A stretch of DNA of 64,000 nt from Casimicrobiaceae bacterium (GCA_035939595.1 DASZFQ010000119.1:705-64704); one strand, 5' to 3'; shown: positions 1-10,116, counted from the first letter of the stretch. Notes: generated by a model not told the origin, from the letters alone. Program-made: numbers and translations.

Positions 1-1
1 G

Positions 2-991
2 GTGCGGCTCATCAATGACGCGATCGACGAGAAAAGCCCCTACACCGGCGGCCACTGCCGACGCGTGCCCGAGCTGGCGATGATGCTCGCTGATGCGGCG
101 CACCGTACCGAAGAGGGCCCGCTGGCAGACTTTCGCATGACCGCCACCGACCGGCGCGAGCTCTGGCTGGCAGCAATGCTGCACGATTGCGGCAAAATCA
201 CGACGCCAGTGCACGTGGTCGACAAGGCGACCAAGCTTTCCGGGATCTTTGACCGCATGGCACTGATCGAAGCGCGCTTCGACCTCGCCGCGCGCGAGGC
301 GCGGATCGCCTTTTTGGAGGCGGTCGCCGCGGGTGAAGCCGAGGCCGCCGCTGCATCGCGCTATCGTGCCGAACTCGCCGCGCTCGACGCCGACCGGGCC
401 TTTCTACGTGAGGCAAACCGCGGCAGCGAGTGCATGGCAGACGAGGACGTTGCCCGGGTGCGCGTAATCGGGGCGCGCCGCATCAGGGGAGCGGATGGCG
501 CGCCCCAGCCGCTGCTCACCGATGACGAAGTCGCGAATCTGATCATTCGCTACGGCACGCTCAACGCCGCGGAGCGCGCAATCATCAATAGTCACGTCAC
601 CACGACGATCAGGATGCTCGAATCGTTGCCGTGGCCGCGGCAGCTCGCGCGCGTGCCCGAATATGCAGGCGGCCACCACGAGCGCGTCGATGGCAAGGGC
701 TACCCGCGTGGTCTCAAGCGTGAGCAGATGTCGCTGCCGGCAAGGATGATCGCGATCGCCGATGTGTTTGAGGCCCTCACGGCCGGGGATCGACCCTACA
801 AGCGGGCCAAGACCGCCGCGGAATCGCTGGCGATCCTCGGTGAGATGAAGCTATCGGGCCATGTCGACCCCGACCTGTTTGATGTCTTCCTGCGCGAGGG
901 CGTCTGGCTCGAATACGCGCGCAAATTCCTCATCCCGAAGCAGATCGACGAGGTGGATCTGCCGCGCGTGCTCGGGAACCCTGCGGCGTAG
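2..991 (+). CDS. HD-GYP domain cyclic-di-GMP phosphodiesterase (5' end outside window)
   Basis: ORF open to window edge; HD motif (AAMLHDCGK) and GYP motif (GGHHERVDGKGYPRGL) in the translation. Confidence 0.85.
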   Translation: MRLINDAIDEKSPYTGGHCRRVPELAMMLADAAHRTEEGPLADFRMTATDRRELWLAAMLHDCGKITTPVHVVDKATKLSGIFDRMALIEARFDLAAREARIAFLEAVAAGEAEAAAASRYRAELAALDADRAFLREANRGSECMADEDVARVRVIGARRIRGADGAPQPLLTDDEVANLIIRYGTLNAAERAIINSHVTTTIRMLESLPWPRQLARVPEYAGGHHERVDGKGYPRGLKREQMSLPARMIAIADVFEALTAGDRPYKRAKTAAESLAILGEMKLSGHVDPDLFDVFLREGVWLEYARKFLIPKQIDEVDLPRVLGNPAA

Positions 992-993
992 GA

Positions 994-1431
994 TCAGGGA
1001 CGGATATACGACCAGCCTTGCTGCTGGCGCTTCATGATCTCTACCACCCCGGCGCTGACGTAACCGATTCCATCGAGCATGTCGCTGCGCGCGAGGTGTT
1101 GCGCACGCATCGTATTTTCGCAGGCGAAGATTTTCATGCCGGCAGCGCCTGCCTCACCTACGGCGTTGGCGACCGGCGAGTCGAGCTTGAGCATGCCGAT
1201 GCCCGGGCCATAAGCGACGATTTCGATGTCGATGTTCGCGGCGCCGAGCTCCGCCTGGAGGTTATGCGCGTTGTTCAGCGCGAGATTCCATTTCATCGTT
1301 TCGCCGTCGCTTACCTGAATTACGACCCTGCTGCGCGCTGTACCCTGCTGCGTTTGCGCAGCAGCAACCGCGGCGAAGAGAACGATCGCCGCCGCTGCGA
1401 CAAGCCTGCCCGACAATTTACTTCTGCTCAT
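994..1431 (-). CDS. DsrE/DsrF-like family protein with N-terminal signal peptide
   Basis: 145 aa; hydrophobic signal-like N-terminus (LVAAAAIVLFAAVAAAQ); body (VVIQVSDG...IEIVAYGPGI...FACENT) resembles the DsrE-like fold. Confidence 0.6.
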   Translation of the reverse strand: MSRSKLSGRLVAAAAIVLFAAVAAAQTQQGTARSRVVIQVSDGETMKWNLALNNAHNLQAELGAANIDIEIVAYGPGIGMLKLDSPVANAVGEAGAAGMKIFACENTMRAQHLARSDMLDGIGYVSAGVVEIMKRQQQGWSYIRP

Positions 1432-1700
1432 TGCATCTCCTTCGCTTTTCCGCGCACCAGAACGCGCTGCGCCGCCCGCAGCGGCACTCGGTTGGAAACC
1501 GGTATTCTATCCACGCTGTTGCCGCAGCCGCAGCTGGAGCGTGAAGTTCAAGTGGCTCGAGCGCTGGCGCGCGTGCCTACCGCAATCCGAACCGGCAGCG
1601 GTCGACGCATGCGGATCGACACGAGCCGCGCTGCGGTAGAATCGGCCTGCACGCCCGGCCAATCGGGCGGGTACCTCGTAATATCTCAGGGAGAATCATC

Positions 1701-2612
1701 ATGGGAACCGACAAACCGCGCGTCGGATTCATCGGCCTTGGACTGATGGGTCACGGCATGGCAAAAAACCTGGTGAACAAGGGGTTCCCACTGACGGTGC
1801 GCGTGCATAGGAACCGCAAGCCTGCCGAGGATATTCTCGCCGCCGGCGCCCGCGAGGCGCGAACAAACGCCGAACTCGGACAATCCTCCGACATCGTGAT
1901 CCTCTGCGTCACCGGTTCGCCGCAGATCGAGGAGATCATCTATGGCGAGAACGGTATCCTGAGCGTCGCCCGCAGCAGCCTCGTGGTTGTCGACACCTCG
2001 ACCGCAGAGCCGGCATCGACGGCGAAGATCCGCGCTGACCTCGGGCGCAAGGAAACGCTTTACGTCGATGCACCGCTGGCCCGCACGCCGAAGGAAGCCG
2101 AGGAAGGGCGACTGAACACCATGGTCGGTGCGGACGACGCGACTTTCGCCCGGCTGCGGCCCGTACTCTCCGCCTATTGCGAGAATGTCATCCATGCCGG
2201 ACCGCCAGGGCATGGCCACATGTTGAAGCTCATCAACAACTTCATCGCCCAGGCGATCGCGACGGCGACTGCGGAGGCCTGCGCAGCGTGCGCGAAATCG
2301 GGCGTGTCGATCAACAAGCTGCACGAGATCATCTCGGCCGGTGCGGTCAACTCGGGCATCTTCCAGATGATGGTCGGCAACATGCTTGATGGCGGTGACC
2401 TGAACGGGCTCAAGTTCACACTGGTCAACGCCATGAAGGACCTGCGGTATTACACGCATTTCGCCGAATCGCTGCCAGTACCGGCGATCGTCGGCGACGC
2501 CGTGCACCAGAGCCTCGTCACCGCCAACCTCCTTGGCTTCGGCGACAAGTACGTTGCCTCGCTGCTGGAGGCGCAAGAAAAGCTAGCCGGGGTGCAGATC
2601 GTTCCGAGGTAG
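1701..2612 (+). CDS. NAD(P)-dependent beta-hydroxyacid dehydrogenase (3-hydroxyisobutyrate/6-phosphogluconate dehydrogenase-like)
   Basis: N-terminal Rossmann motif VGFIGLGLMGHGMAKNL; about 300 aa, typical for the family; GGGAGA RBS upstream of the ATG. Confidence 0.85.
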   Translation: MGTDKPRVGFIGLGLMGHGMAKNLVNKGFPLTVRVHRNRKPAEDILAAGAREARTNAELGQSSDIVILCVTGSPQIEEIIYGENGILSVARSSLVVVDTSTAEPASTAKIRADLGRKETLYVDAPLARTPKEAEEGRLNTMVGADDATFARLRPVLSAYCENVIHAGPPGHGHMLKLINNFIAQAIATATAEACAACAKSGVSINKLHEIISAGAVNSGIFQMMVGNMLDGGDLNGLKFTLVNAMKDLRYYTHFAESLPVPAIVGDAVHQSLVTANLLGFGDKYVASLLEAQEKLAGVQIVPR

Positions 2613-2997
2613 CAAGACAGCACTCCGAGGATACCGGCGGCGCCAGCTCACCTGAAAGTCTAGGTGTGGCGTGGCTTAGGCACGATGTGCGCACACACTT
2701 CATGGTGCACGAACGATCACAAACCGGTCGTTTCGAGCCCGATCCGCGCCTGCCGATTAGCGACCACGCCCTGGCTGCGGACTTGAGCGGCGTCCGTGTC
2801 CGGGCGGTTTGTCGAGACGCTGGCGTTGCGGGCGGAGCCGGTGCCGAAAGCGAGGCGCTAAGCGCGGTGCGAATGCGTGGAGGCGAGCCCGCCGCGGGTT
2901 GCGTCTCGGGCGAGCGGTACTGTGGTGCCGACGCGACGGATACTCGCGGATGGCGTTATGCTTGAGCGTATTCTTCGTGCATGCCGGAGCAATACCC

Positions 2998-4083
2998 GTG
3001 AGCCGTACCAACCAAACGCTGTGGGACAATCCTCTCGGTACCGATGGGTTTGAGTTTGTCGAGTATGCGGCACCGGACCCGGTGGCCCTCGGCCGCCTGT
3101 TCGAGCAACTTGGTTTCGTCGTGATCGCGCGCCATCGCTCGAAAAATGTGCTGCTCTATCGACAGGGTGAAATAAACTTCATCGTCAACGCCGAGCCGGG
3201 CAGCTTTGCACAGGCATTTGCGCGCGTGCACGGCCCGTCGATTTGCGCCATCGCCTTTCGGGTGAAGGACGCGGCGGCGGCGTACCGCAGGGCGACCGAG
3301 CAGGGAGCGTGGGGCGTGGAGGCGCATCCAGGTCCGATGGAGCTCAATATTCCCGCGATCAAGGGCATCGGCGACTCGCTCATCTATCTCGTCGACCGGT
3401 ACGCCCGGGACGGGACCGGCGTGTCAATCTACGATGTCGACTTCGTGCCGCTTGCCGGTGTTGAGCAACATCCGCATGGTGCCGGAATGACCTATATCGA
3501 CCACCTGACGCACAACGTGCATCGCGGCCGGATGGAGGAATGGGCGAGCTTCTACGAGCGGCTGTTCAACTTCCGCGAGCTGCGCTATTTCGACATCGAG
3601 GGCAAGCTTACCGGGCTCAAAAGCAAGGCCATGACGAGCCCCTGCGGCAGGATCCGCATACCGATCAACGAGAGTACCGACGACAAGTCACAGATCCAGG
3701 AGTACCTGCTTGCGTATCATGGCGAGGGTATCCAGCACGTCGCCCTCGGGACAGCAGATATCTTCGCCACCGTCGAAGCCCTGCGCCGGCGCGACGTCGC
3801 CTTCCAGAATACTCCGGACACGTACTACGATCTGCTCGCGACCCGTCTGCCAAATCATGGTGAGGACACCGCGCGGCTCAAAAGGAATCGAATTCTTCTC
3901 GACGGTGCGCCGGCTAAGAACGAGATGCTCCTCCAGATATTCACGACGCCAGTCATCGGACCCATCTTCTTCGAGATCATCCAGCGCAAGGGCAACGAGG
4001 GTTTCGGCGAGGGCAACTTCCAGGCTCTGTTTGAGTCGATCGAGCTCGATCAAATCCGGCGCGGCGTGCTGCAAGGCGAGTGA
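2998..4083 (+). CDS. hppD: 4-hydroxyphenylpyruvate dioxygenase
   Basis: NPLGTDGFEFVEYAAPDP N-terminus and C-terminal FFEIIQRKG...GFGEGNFQALFESIE are HPPD hallmarks. Start set at GTG 2998 (about 361 aa); the upstream open frame from 2809 is Arg-rich and non-homologous. Confidence 0.88.
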   Translation: MSRTNQTLWDNPLGTDGFEFVEYAAPDPVALGRLFEQLGFVVIARHRSKNVLLYRQGEINFIVNAEPGSFAQAFARVHGPSICAIAFRVKDAAAAYRRATEQGAWGVEAHPGPMELNIPAIKGIGDSLIYLVDRYARDGTGVSIYDVDFVPLAGVEQHPHGAGMTYIDHLTHNVHRGRMEEWASFYERLFNFRELRYFDIEGKLTGLKSKAMTSPCGRIRIPINESTDDKSQIQEYLLAYHGEGIQHVALGTADIFATVEALRRRDVAFQNTPDTYYDLLATRLPNHGEDTARLKRNRILLDGAPAKNEMLLQIFTTPVIGPIFFEIIQRKGNEGFGEGNFQALFESIELDQIRRGVLQGE

Positions 4084-4124
4084 TCGGTGCGATGACGGGC
4101 GGCGTGGCTTGAGCGGAAACCGAC

Positions 4125-5105
4125 GTGCTCTCTGCGCTGGGATTCACCTTATTGCGGCGTTTGTCTGACGGGGAAATCCATTCCGGCGAGGCGCTCGCGG
4201 CCGATAGCGGCATCTCCCGCGCCCGGGTATCGCAACTGCTCCAGGAAGCCGATGCCGCCGGGCTGAGGCTGGAGCGCAGGCCTGGGCGCGGCTATCGTCT
4301 GCGCGATGCACTGCCGTTCCTTGACCGGGGCGCAATCCTCGCGGCACTGGGCAAGAGCGCAGGCGCGCTCACGATCGAAGTCGCCGATATGCTCGATTCG
4401 ACTAGCAGCGAACTCTCGCGCCGCGCCGGGCGTGGCGACATTCATCGGCATCTGGTCGTGGCCGAATGGCAAACCGCGGGGCGCGGCCGGCGCGGCCGCG
4501 GCTGGACCGCCGTGCTTGGCGGCAGCCTTACCTTCTCGCTCGGCTGGCGCTTCTCGCGCGGCGCCGGCGATCTGTCGGCGCTGCCGCTGGCGGTCGGGGT
4601 CGCGCTGGCAAGGGCGCTCGAAGGCGCAGGTTTCACCGGCATCGAGCTCAAGTGGCCCAACGACTTAATCCACGGTGAGGCCAAGGTCGGCGGCATCCTG
4701 GTCGAACTCTCCGGCGACGCCCTGGGCCCTTCGCTGGCGATCGTCGGCGTAGGGCTCAATGTTCGCCTGCCCGCGGCACTCAAGCGCGGCATCGGACAGG
4801 CGGTGACCGACCTTGCGGCTGTCGGTGGAAGCCCCGTGCCTGATCGCAACCGGCTGCTTGCGCACCTCGCCAGTGAAATAGTCAAGGTGCTCGAAGGCTA
4901 CGCGCAAGTGGGGTTCGCCCCGCTGCGCGCTGCGTGGCAGCGGCGCCACGCGTACCAGGGCAAGCCGGTGCAGATCGTGCTCCCTGACGGCGGCACCGTG
5001 CGCGGAGTAGTCGTCGGCGTGGACGCGGCGGGCGCACTTCTTCTCGACAGCGCGGGCCGGCGCTTGCGCTTCGTCAGCGGCGAAGTTTCGCTGCGCCGCC
5101 TGTGA
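4125..5105 (+). CDS. birA: Bifunctional biotin-[acetyl-CoA-carboxylase] ligase / biotin operon repressor
   Basis: N-terminal winged-HTH region plus ligase motif GRGRRGRGW; GTG start. Confidence 0.9.
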   Translation: MLSALGFTLLRRLSDGEIHSGEALAADSGISRARVSQLLQEADAAGLRLERRPGRGYRLRDALPFLDRGAILAALGKSAGALTIEVADMLDSTSSELSRRAGRGDIHRHLVVAEWQTAGRGRRGRGWTAVLGGSLTFSLGWRFSRGAGDLSALPLAVGVALARALEGAGFTGIELKWPNDLIHGEAKVGGILVELSGDALGPSLAIVGVGLNVRLPAALKRGIGQAVTDLAAVGGSPVPDRNRLLAHLASEIVKVLEGYAQVGFAPLRAAWQRRHAYQGKPVQIVLPDGGTVRGVVVGVDAAGALLLDSAGRRLRFVSGEVSLRRL

Positions 5106-5851
5106 TCCTGGTTCTTGACTGCGGCAACAGCAGGCTCAAGTGGGGGCTCGCCGGGCCGCACGGCTGGGTTTCGCAGGGCAACGTCCCCAATCAGGAAATC
5201 GGCACGCTCGCGTTACGCGATTGGCAGAATCTGCCGCGGCCCGCGCGCGTGGTCGGCGTCAACGTCGCTGGTGAGGCCACGCGCGTGCGTGTCGAGGCGC
5301 AGCTCGTGCGTTGGCGCACGGCGCCGGAATGGCTCATCGCGCGCGAGGAAGCGGGCGGCGTGTACAACCGCTACGCGCGCCCGTCTCAACTCGGTCCCGA
5401 CCGCTGGGCGGCGTTGATTGCGGCGCGGCAGCGCGTCGCGGATGAGCTGTTTCCTTCCCCCTGTGTCGTCGTCAACGCGGGTACCGCCGTCACCGTCGAT
5501 GCGCTCGACGGTACCGGCATCTTCCGCGGTGGCATCATTCTGCCGGGCCTCCGGCTGATGCTGCAGGCGCTCGCTTCGAACACGGCAGCGCTGCGCGTCC
5601 CGTCGGGCCGGTATCACGATTTTCCGATCAACACCGCCGATGCGCTGGCTTCCGGTGCGTTGCACGCGGTGTGCGGCGCCATCGAGCAGATGCGCCTGCG
5701 GCTGGGCGAGGGCGGGCCGCCGCCGAAGGCGTTTCTGTCCGGCGGCGCCGCCGTCGACATCGCACCGCACCTTACCGCACCGGTGGAGATCGTGGATAAT
5801 CTGGTACTCGAGGGCGTGCTGGCGCTCGCCGAATCCCCGGCCAAGGCATGA
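5102..5851 (+). CDS. coaX: Type III pantothenate kinase
   Basis: ILVLDCGNSRLKWG N-terminus; GTGA start/stop overlap with birA. Confidence 0.9.
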   Translation: MILVLDCGNSRLKWGLAGPHGWVSQGNVPNQEIGTLALRDWQNLPRPARVVGVNVAGEATRVRVEAQLVRWRTAPEWLIAREEAGGVYNRYARPSQLGPDRWAALIAARQRVADELFPSPCVVVNAGTAVTVDALDGTGIFRGGIILPGLRLMLQALASNTAALRVPSGRYHDFPINTADALASGALHAVCGAIEQMRLRLGEGGPPPKAFLSGGAAVDIAPHLTAPVEIVDNLVLEGVLALAESPAKA

Positions 5852-6498
5852 GAACACTGGTCTTGTTGTTATTGCTCGCCAATCTCACTCTGTTTCTCTA
5901 CACGAAACTCGACAGCCTAGGCAGTGGCGAGGGCGACAGGCTGTCGAAGCAGGTGCAGCCGGATAAGATCAGGCTCCTTTCGCCGCAGCAGGTCGCAGCA
6001 CTCGGTCCCACCAAGGTTGCCACGCTCGCTGATGTCTGTGTCGAGTGGGGCCCGCTTTCGGATAGCGACAAAGCGCGGGCCCTGGCCACGCTCGAGCCTC
6101 TCGACCTCAGCCGACTGCTCAGCCAGAAGAAAGTCGAGGTCGTCACCAACTACTGGGTGTTCATCCCGCCCGTGGCCAATCGAGCGGCGGCCGATCGCCG
6201 CATGGCGGAGCTAAAAGAGCAAGGCGTCAAAGATGTGGTGCTTATCGACGGCGGGGGGCAACGGTTTGCGATTTCGCTCGGCGGGTTCCAGACCGAAGCG
6301 GAGGCCCAGACACGGCTGGATGCGCTGTCGACGCAAGGCGTCAAGGGCGCCAAGGTCGGTGCGCGCGCACAGGCGGTGGTGCAGACCGACCTCGTGGTGC
6401 GCGACCCCCCGGCGCTTGCGGTTGCGCGCTTGAAGGAGCTGCAGGCCGGTTATCCAGGCACCGGAATCAAAGTCGGCAGCTGCGACAAAGCGGCCTGA
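5848..6498 (+). CDS. SPOR domain-containing membrane protein
   Basis: N-terminal TM helix (LVLLLLLANLTLFLY) and two SPOR-like repeats; ATGA overlap with coaX; the same position is usual in betaproteobacterial birA-coaX loci. Confidence 0.7.
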   Translation: MRTLVLLLLLANLTLFLYTKLDSLGSGEGDRLSKQVQPDKIRLLSPQQVAALGPTKVATLADVCVEWGPLSDSDKARALATLEPLDLSRLLSQKKVEVVTNYWVFIPPVANRAAADRRMAELKEQGVKDVVLIDGGGQRFAISLGGFQTEAEAQTRLDALSTQGVKGAKVGARAQAVVQTDLVVRDPPALAVARLKELQAGYPGTGIKVGSCDKAA

Positions 6499-7031
6499 TG
6501 ATGGAGGAGAACGCGACGCGAGCCGAAGCGATCCGGCTGGTGCGCTCGCCGCGAGACATTGCCCTCGCCCGGGCGCTTCTGGTCGAATACGCACAATGGC
6601 TTCAGGTCGATCTCTGTTTTCAGGACTTCGAGCATGAGCTGGCAGGCTTGCCGGGAGACTATGCACCGCCGCGCGGACGGCTGTTGCTGGCAGGTTCGTC
6701 TGATACGGCCTTCGGCTGCATCGCGTTGCGCCCACTCGACGCGGAGTCGGCTGGCGCTGGGGGCACGCGTGCCGGGCGGGTTGAGGGTCCGGTAGCCGAA
6801 GTCAAGCGCCTCTACGTCCAGCCGCCGTATCGGCACCAAGGCTGGGGGCAGCGTCTCGCGCACGCCCTGCTCGACGAGGCGCGGGCCATCGGCTATCGCG
6901 AACTCCGACTCGACACCTTCGACTGGATGACCGGTGCGCGGTCTCTCTACTCCGGTCTGGGCTTCCGCGTGAGTGCGCCCTACTACAACAATCCGCTCCC
7001 AGGGGCGGTATATATGTCGCTCACCCTATGA
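6498..7031 (+). CDS. GNAT family N-acetyltransferase
   Basis: Acetyl-CoA binding motif RLYVQPPYRHQGWGQRL; start overlaps the SPOR gene stop (TGATG). Confidence 0.8.
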   Translation: MMEENATRAEAIRLVRSPRDIALARALLVEYAQWLQVDLCFQDFEHELAGLPGDYAPPRGRLLLAGSSDTAFGCIALRPLDAESAGAGGTRAGRVEGPVAEVKRLYVQPPYRHQGWGQRLAHALLDEARAIGYRELRLDTFDWMTGARSLYSGLGFRVSAPYYNNPLPGAVYMSLTL

Positions 7032-7117
7032 CGCCGGGCGAGCGCGCCAAGCCCGCCGCACGCCACGCGCGCATGTTCCTTTCCGCGGAGGGCGGCGGCA
7101 GTACGGGTAGCTGCTAG

Positions 7118-7861
7118 CTACGCCTTGCCCCGGACGGCAAAGTGCCGGCCGCCCTCGCGGGACCAGGCAAGCGGCTCAGTCCGCAGATCGCAAAAGCCGG
7201 CATCGCCGAGCAATCGGACGGCCTCCTCCTCAGAGTACCAGGTCAGAGCCCGGGTCTCGTCCTCGCGCGCGGTGATCGTTGTCCGGTCGCGCCTTTCATA
7301 GCGTGTCTTTACATCGATGCGACGCATCTCCACGTCGAGAAAGGTCTCCGAGCGCAAGCCTATGCGCACGCCTTCGCCCGGGGTGACCGTGCGCACCTCC
7401 ACGATCGGTGCCCCTGGGGGGTGTTCTATCTCCGAGGGCACAAACAAGTCGAGCAACAACAGGCCCGGATCGAGTAGGTGCGCGCGGATGCGCAGCAGCG
7501 CGTCGAGAGCGGTGATCGGATTGGCCAGCAGCTGGAAGGCCCCGGCCGCAATGTACGCCGCTGCGTAACGCGCCGGCAGGTTAAGCGTCGCAACACTCTG
7601 ACGGTAGAGCCGGGTCGTGCGGCCCGCGGCGACGAGCCGTCTCTCGCAGCTGGCAAGCATCGCTTCCGAGCTGTCGACGCCGTGTACCCGAATACCCGCT
7701 TCGAGCAGCGGGACGAGGAGCCGCCCGGAGCCCGCCATAGCCTCTAGCACGGGACCCGCGTCACGCGGCAGGCGTTCCGCGTACCACGCGACCTCTGCCT
7801 CGCTCGCGCGCGGCCGATCCGCGTCATAGAACAGCGTGCCAAGGGTACCGTAAGCTGACAT
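7118..7861 (-). CDS. Class I SAM-dependent methyltransferase
   Basis: Motif I-like VLEAMAGSGRLLVPLLEAG. Start moved to ATG 7861 because the longer ORF (to 8197) would overlap the upstream esterase gene. Confidence 0.75.
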   Translation of the reverse strand: MSAYGTLGTLFYDADRPRASEAEVAWYAERLPRDAGPVLEAMAGSGRLLVPLLEAGIRVHGVDSSEAMLASCERRLVAAGRTTRLYRQSVATLNLPARYAAAYIAAGAFQLLANPITALDALLRIRAHLLDPGLLLLDLFVPSEIEHPPGAPIVEVRTVTPGEGVRIGLRSETFLDVEMRRIDVKTRYERRDRTTITAREDETRALTWYSEEEAVRLLGDAGFCDLRTEPLAWSREGGRHFAVRGKA

Positions 7862-7874
7862 GCTGCGCTCGGGT

Positions 7875-8810
7875 TCAGGCGCGGCGTGGGGCGAGAACTT
7901 CGCGCGCGGCGTCGGCAATCGTATCAATCCAGAGCCGAGCTGCGGGAACCTCACCCGTCCAGCGTAGAAAACCGTGGATCGTACCGGCGCAATCGACGAT
8001 GCGCGCCGAGATTCCTGCGCCTTGCAGCCTCCGCGCGTAGTCGAGACCGTCGCCACGCAGCACATCGGCCTCGGCAAGAGCGACGACGGCGGGCGGCAGC
8101 CCCGTGAGGTCTGGCGCCGCAAGCGGCGAGAGCTCAGGAATTTCGGGCACCGCATGGCCGCGATACGCATCCCAATACCAGGCCATTTGTTCGGCACTCA
8201 AATTGTAGCCGGTCGCAAACGCGCGGTAGGACGCGCGCGCGCAAGTCGCGTCGAGCGCGGGATAGAAGAGCAGCTGCGCATCAGGTTGCGTTTCCCCGGT
8301 GCGGGCGAGGCGGAGCGTCAGCGCGGCGACGAGATTGCCGCCGGAGCTGTCCCCGGCGACTGCGAAGCACTGGCCATCCGCGCCGAGACCGCGCGCTTCG
8401 GCGCGCGCCCAGCGCCACGTCGCTTCGACATCGTCGAGCGCCGCAGGGTAAAGATGCTCCGGCGCTAGGCGGTAGTCGATCGCCACCACGACCGCCTCCA
8501 GGCGATTGGTGAGTATGCGGCAAAGCTTATCGTGCGATTCGAGCGACCCGGTCACCCATCCACCGCCATGCGCGTAGAGGATGAGGGGCGATGGTCGGGT
8601 CGGCGGCGGGCGGTAGACGCGCACCGGGACGGGGCCGGCGGGGCCCGGTGCGTGCAGATCGCGGAGTCCCACGACCGGTTCCGGGGCGCCGCCGAGGAGC
8701 CGCGGCGCCGTCTCGGCCGCGGCGCGCAGCTGCGCGATGTCGGGTGCACCGGTTTGCGCCGGGACACAAAAGACGGTGTCGAGCAAGCGACGGATATCGG
8801 GATCGAGCAT
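7875..8810 (-). CDS. Alpha/beta hydrolase, hormone-sensitive-lipase-type esterase
   Basis: Oxyanion HGGGW and nucleophile GDSSGG motifs. ATG 8810 (MLDPDIRRLL, GAAGG RBS) is preferred over ATG 8897. Confidence 0.85.
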   Translation of the reverse strand: MLDPDIRRLLDTVFCVPAQTGAPDIAQLRAAAETAPRLLGGAPEPVVGLRDLHAPGPAGPVPVRVYRPPPTRPSPLILYAHGGGWVTGSLESHDKLCRILTNRLEAVVVAIDYRLAPEHLYPAALDDVEATWRWARAEARGLGADGQCFAVAGDSSGGNLVAALTLRLARTGETQPDAQLLFYPALDATCARASYRAFATGYNLSAEQMAWYWDAYRGHAVPEIPELSPLAAPDLTGLPPAVVALAEADVLRGDGLDYARRLQGAGISARIVDCAGTIHGFLRWTGEVPAARLWIDTIADAAREVLAPRRA

Positions 8811-8983
8811 CGGGCCTTCGCGGCAGCTGGCAAGGGATGGTACCGGATTCGCGCGGCCGGAGTTGACAACCCGCAGCGCAACCCTTACCTTGGTCATAGC
8901 GCCGATTTGAACCCGTGGGTGTGTGCGTACCCCTCGGCAGCTTGCGGGGCGCCAAAAATTCCGCTAAAGCGGCTTTCGACGGG

Positions 8984-9021
8984 AACCCGCTCGGCGGCAC
9001 GCTGAACGGGTTTTTGTTTTT
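8984..9021 (+). terminator. Terminator-like hairpin plus T-tract in the 5' leader of the split metH genes
   Basis: AACCCG (8984-8989) pairs with CGGGTT (9007-9012), followed by TTTTTGTTTTT. Such T-tracts are rare in this GC-rich window. The stem is short and the loop long, so the call is weak. Confidence 0.25.
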
Positions 9022-9060
9022 GCGCACCGCCTGACACGACTCTCTGCGAGCCAAAGGAAA

Positions 9061-10116
9061 ATGACCGCCAGCAACGGCAAAACGGCACAGCTCACGCGGC
9101 TACTGCGCGAGCGCATCCTGATCCTCGACGGCGCGATGGGCACCATGATCCAGGCTCGTCGGCTTTCCGAGTCCGAGTATCGTGGGCCGGCCGCTTGCGG
9201 CCTGCTCGACCATCCCCACGATCTCAAGGGGGACAACGATCTGCTGGTCCTTACCCATCCCGAGATCATCGCCTCGATCCATGACCAATTCCTCGCCGCC
9301 GGCGCAGACATTATCGAAACCAACACCTTCAATGCGACGCGCATCGCACAGGCGGACTACAAGCTCGAAGGGAGGGTTCGCGATATCAACCTTGCTGCGG
9401 CGCGGATCGCGAGCGAACGCGCCGCCGCCTGGACTGCCAAGACGCCGGAGAAGCCTCGGTTCGTCGCCGGCGCGTTGGGTCCGACCAACCGCACGGCAAC
9501 GATCTCCCCGGACGTCAATGACCCGGGTTTTCGTAATGTGAGCTACGACGAACTGGTCACCGCCTACGGCGAAGCGGTTGCCGCGCTGGTCGAAGGCGGG
9601 GTCGACCTGCTGCTCGTCGAGACGGTCTTCGACACCCTAAACGCTAAAGCCGCACTGTTCGCAATCGACAGCTATTTCGACGCACGTGGCATCCGCTTGC
9701 CGCTCATCGTGTCCGGCACGATCACGGACGCGTCGGGTCGGACTCTCTCCGGACAGACCAGCGAAGCTTTCTGGAACTCGGTGCGCCACGCCCGGCCGCT
9801 CGCCGTGGGTCTCAATTGCGCGCTCGGCGCGGCGCTTATGCGACCATACATCGAAGAAATCGCGCGGGTCGCGGACACGTTCGTCTCGTGCTATCCCAAT
9901 GCGGGGCTGCCCAACCCGATGAGCGAGACCGGATATGACGAAACACCCGAGACCACCGCGCGGCTGATCCGGGACTTTGCCGAAAACGGCTTCGTCAACA
10001 TCGTCGGTGGCTGCTGCGGCACGACGCCGGAACACATACGCGCCATTGCCGCGGCGGTGCAGCACGTGCCGCCGCGGAGGTTCGGACCGGCCGCCGATGA
10101 AGGGGTGGCAGGCTAA
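9061..10116 (+). CDS. metH: Methionine synthase, homocysteine S-methyltransferase (Hcy-binding) module encoded as a separate ORF
   Basis: [13 protein letters not shown]-terminus and zinc-ligand region GLNCALG ... [11 protein letters not shown]. Confidence 0.9.
   Translation: MTASNGKTAQLTRLLRERILILDGAMGTMIQARRLSESEYRGPAACGLLDHPHDLKGDNDLLVLTHPEIIASIHDQFLAAGADIIETNTFNATRIAQADYKLEGRVRDINLAAARIASERAAAWTAKTPEKPRFVAGALGPTNRTATISPDVNDPGFRNVSYDELVTAYGEAVAALVEGGVDLLLVETVFDTLNAKAALFAIDSYFDARGIRLPLIVSGTITDASGRTLSGQTSEAFWNSVRHARPLAVGLNCALGAALMRPYIEEIARVADTFVSCYPNAGLPNPMSETGYDETPETTARLIRDFAENGFVNIVGGCCGTTPEHIRAIAAAVQHVPPRRFGPAADEGVAG

Noticed and set aside
2809-2997. 63-codon N-terminal extension of hppD offered by the ORF track
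   Set aside because: The extension (MSRRWRCGRSRCRKRGAKRG...) is Arg-rich with no homology. HPPD homology begins at NPLGTDGFEFVEY, just after the GTG at 2998.
8811-9060. SAH, SAM or cobalamin riboswitch upstream of metH
   Set aside because: I could not find the conserved cores by eye (for example the AGGAGCGCUGC / AACGGCGCUC elements of the SAH riboswitch, or a B12 box). It is kept only as an unexplained leader with a terminator-like element and needs an Infernal scan.
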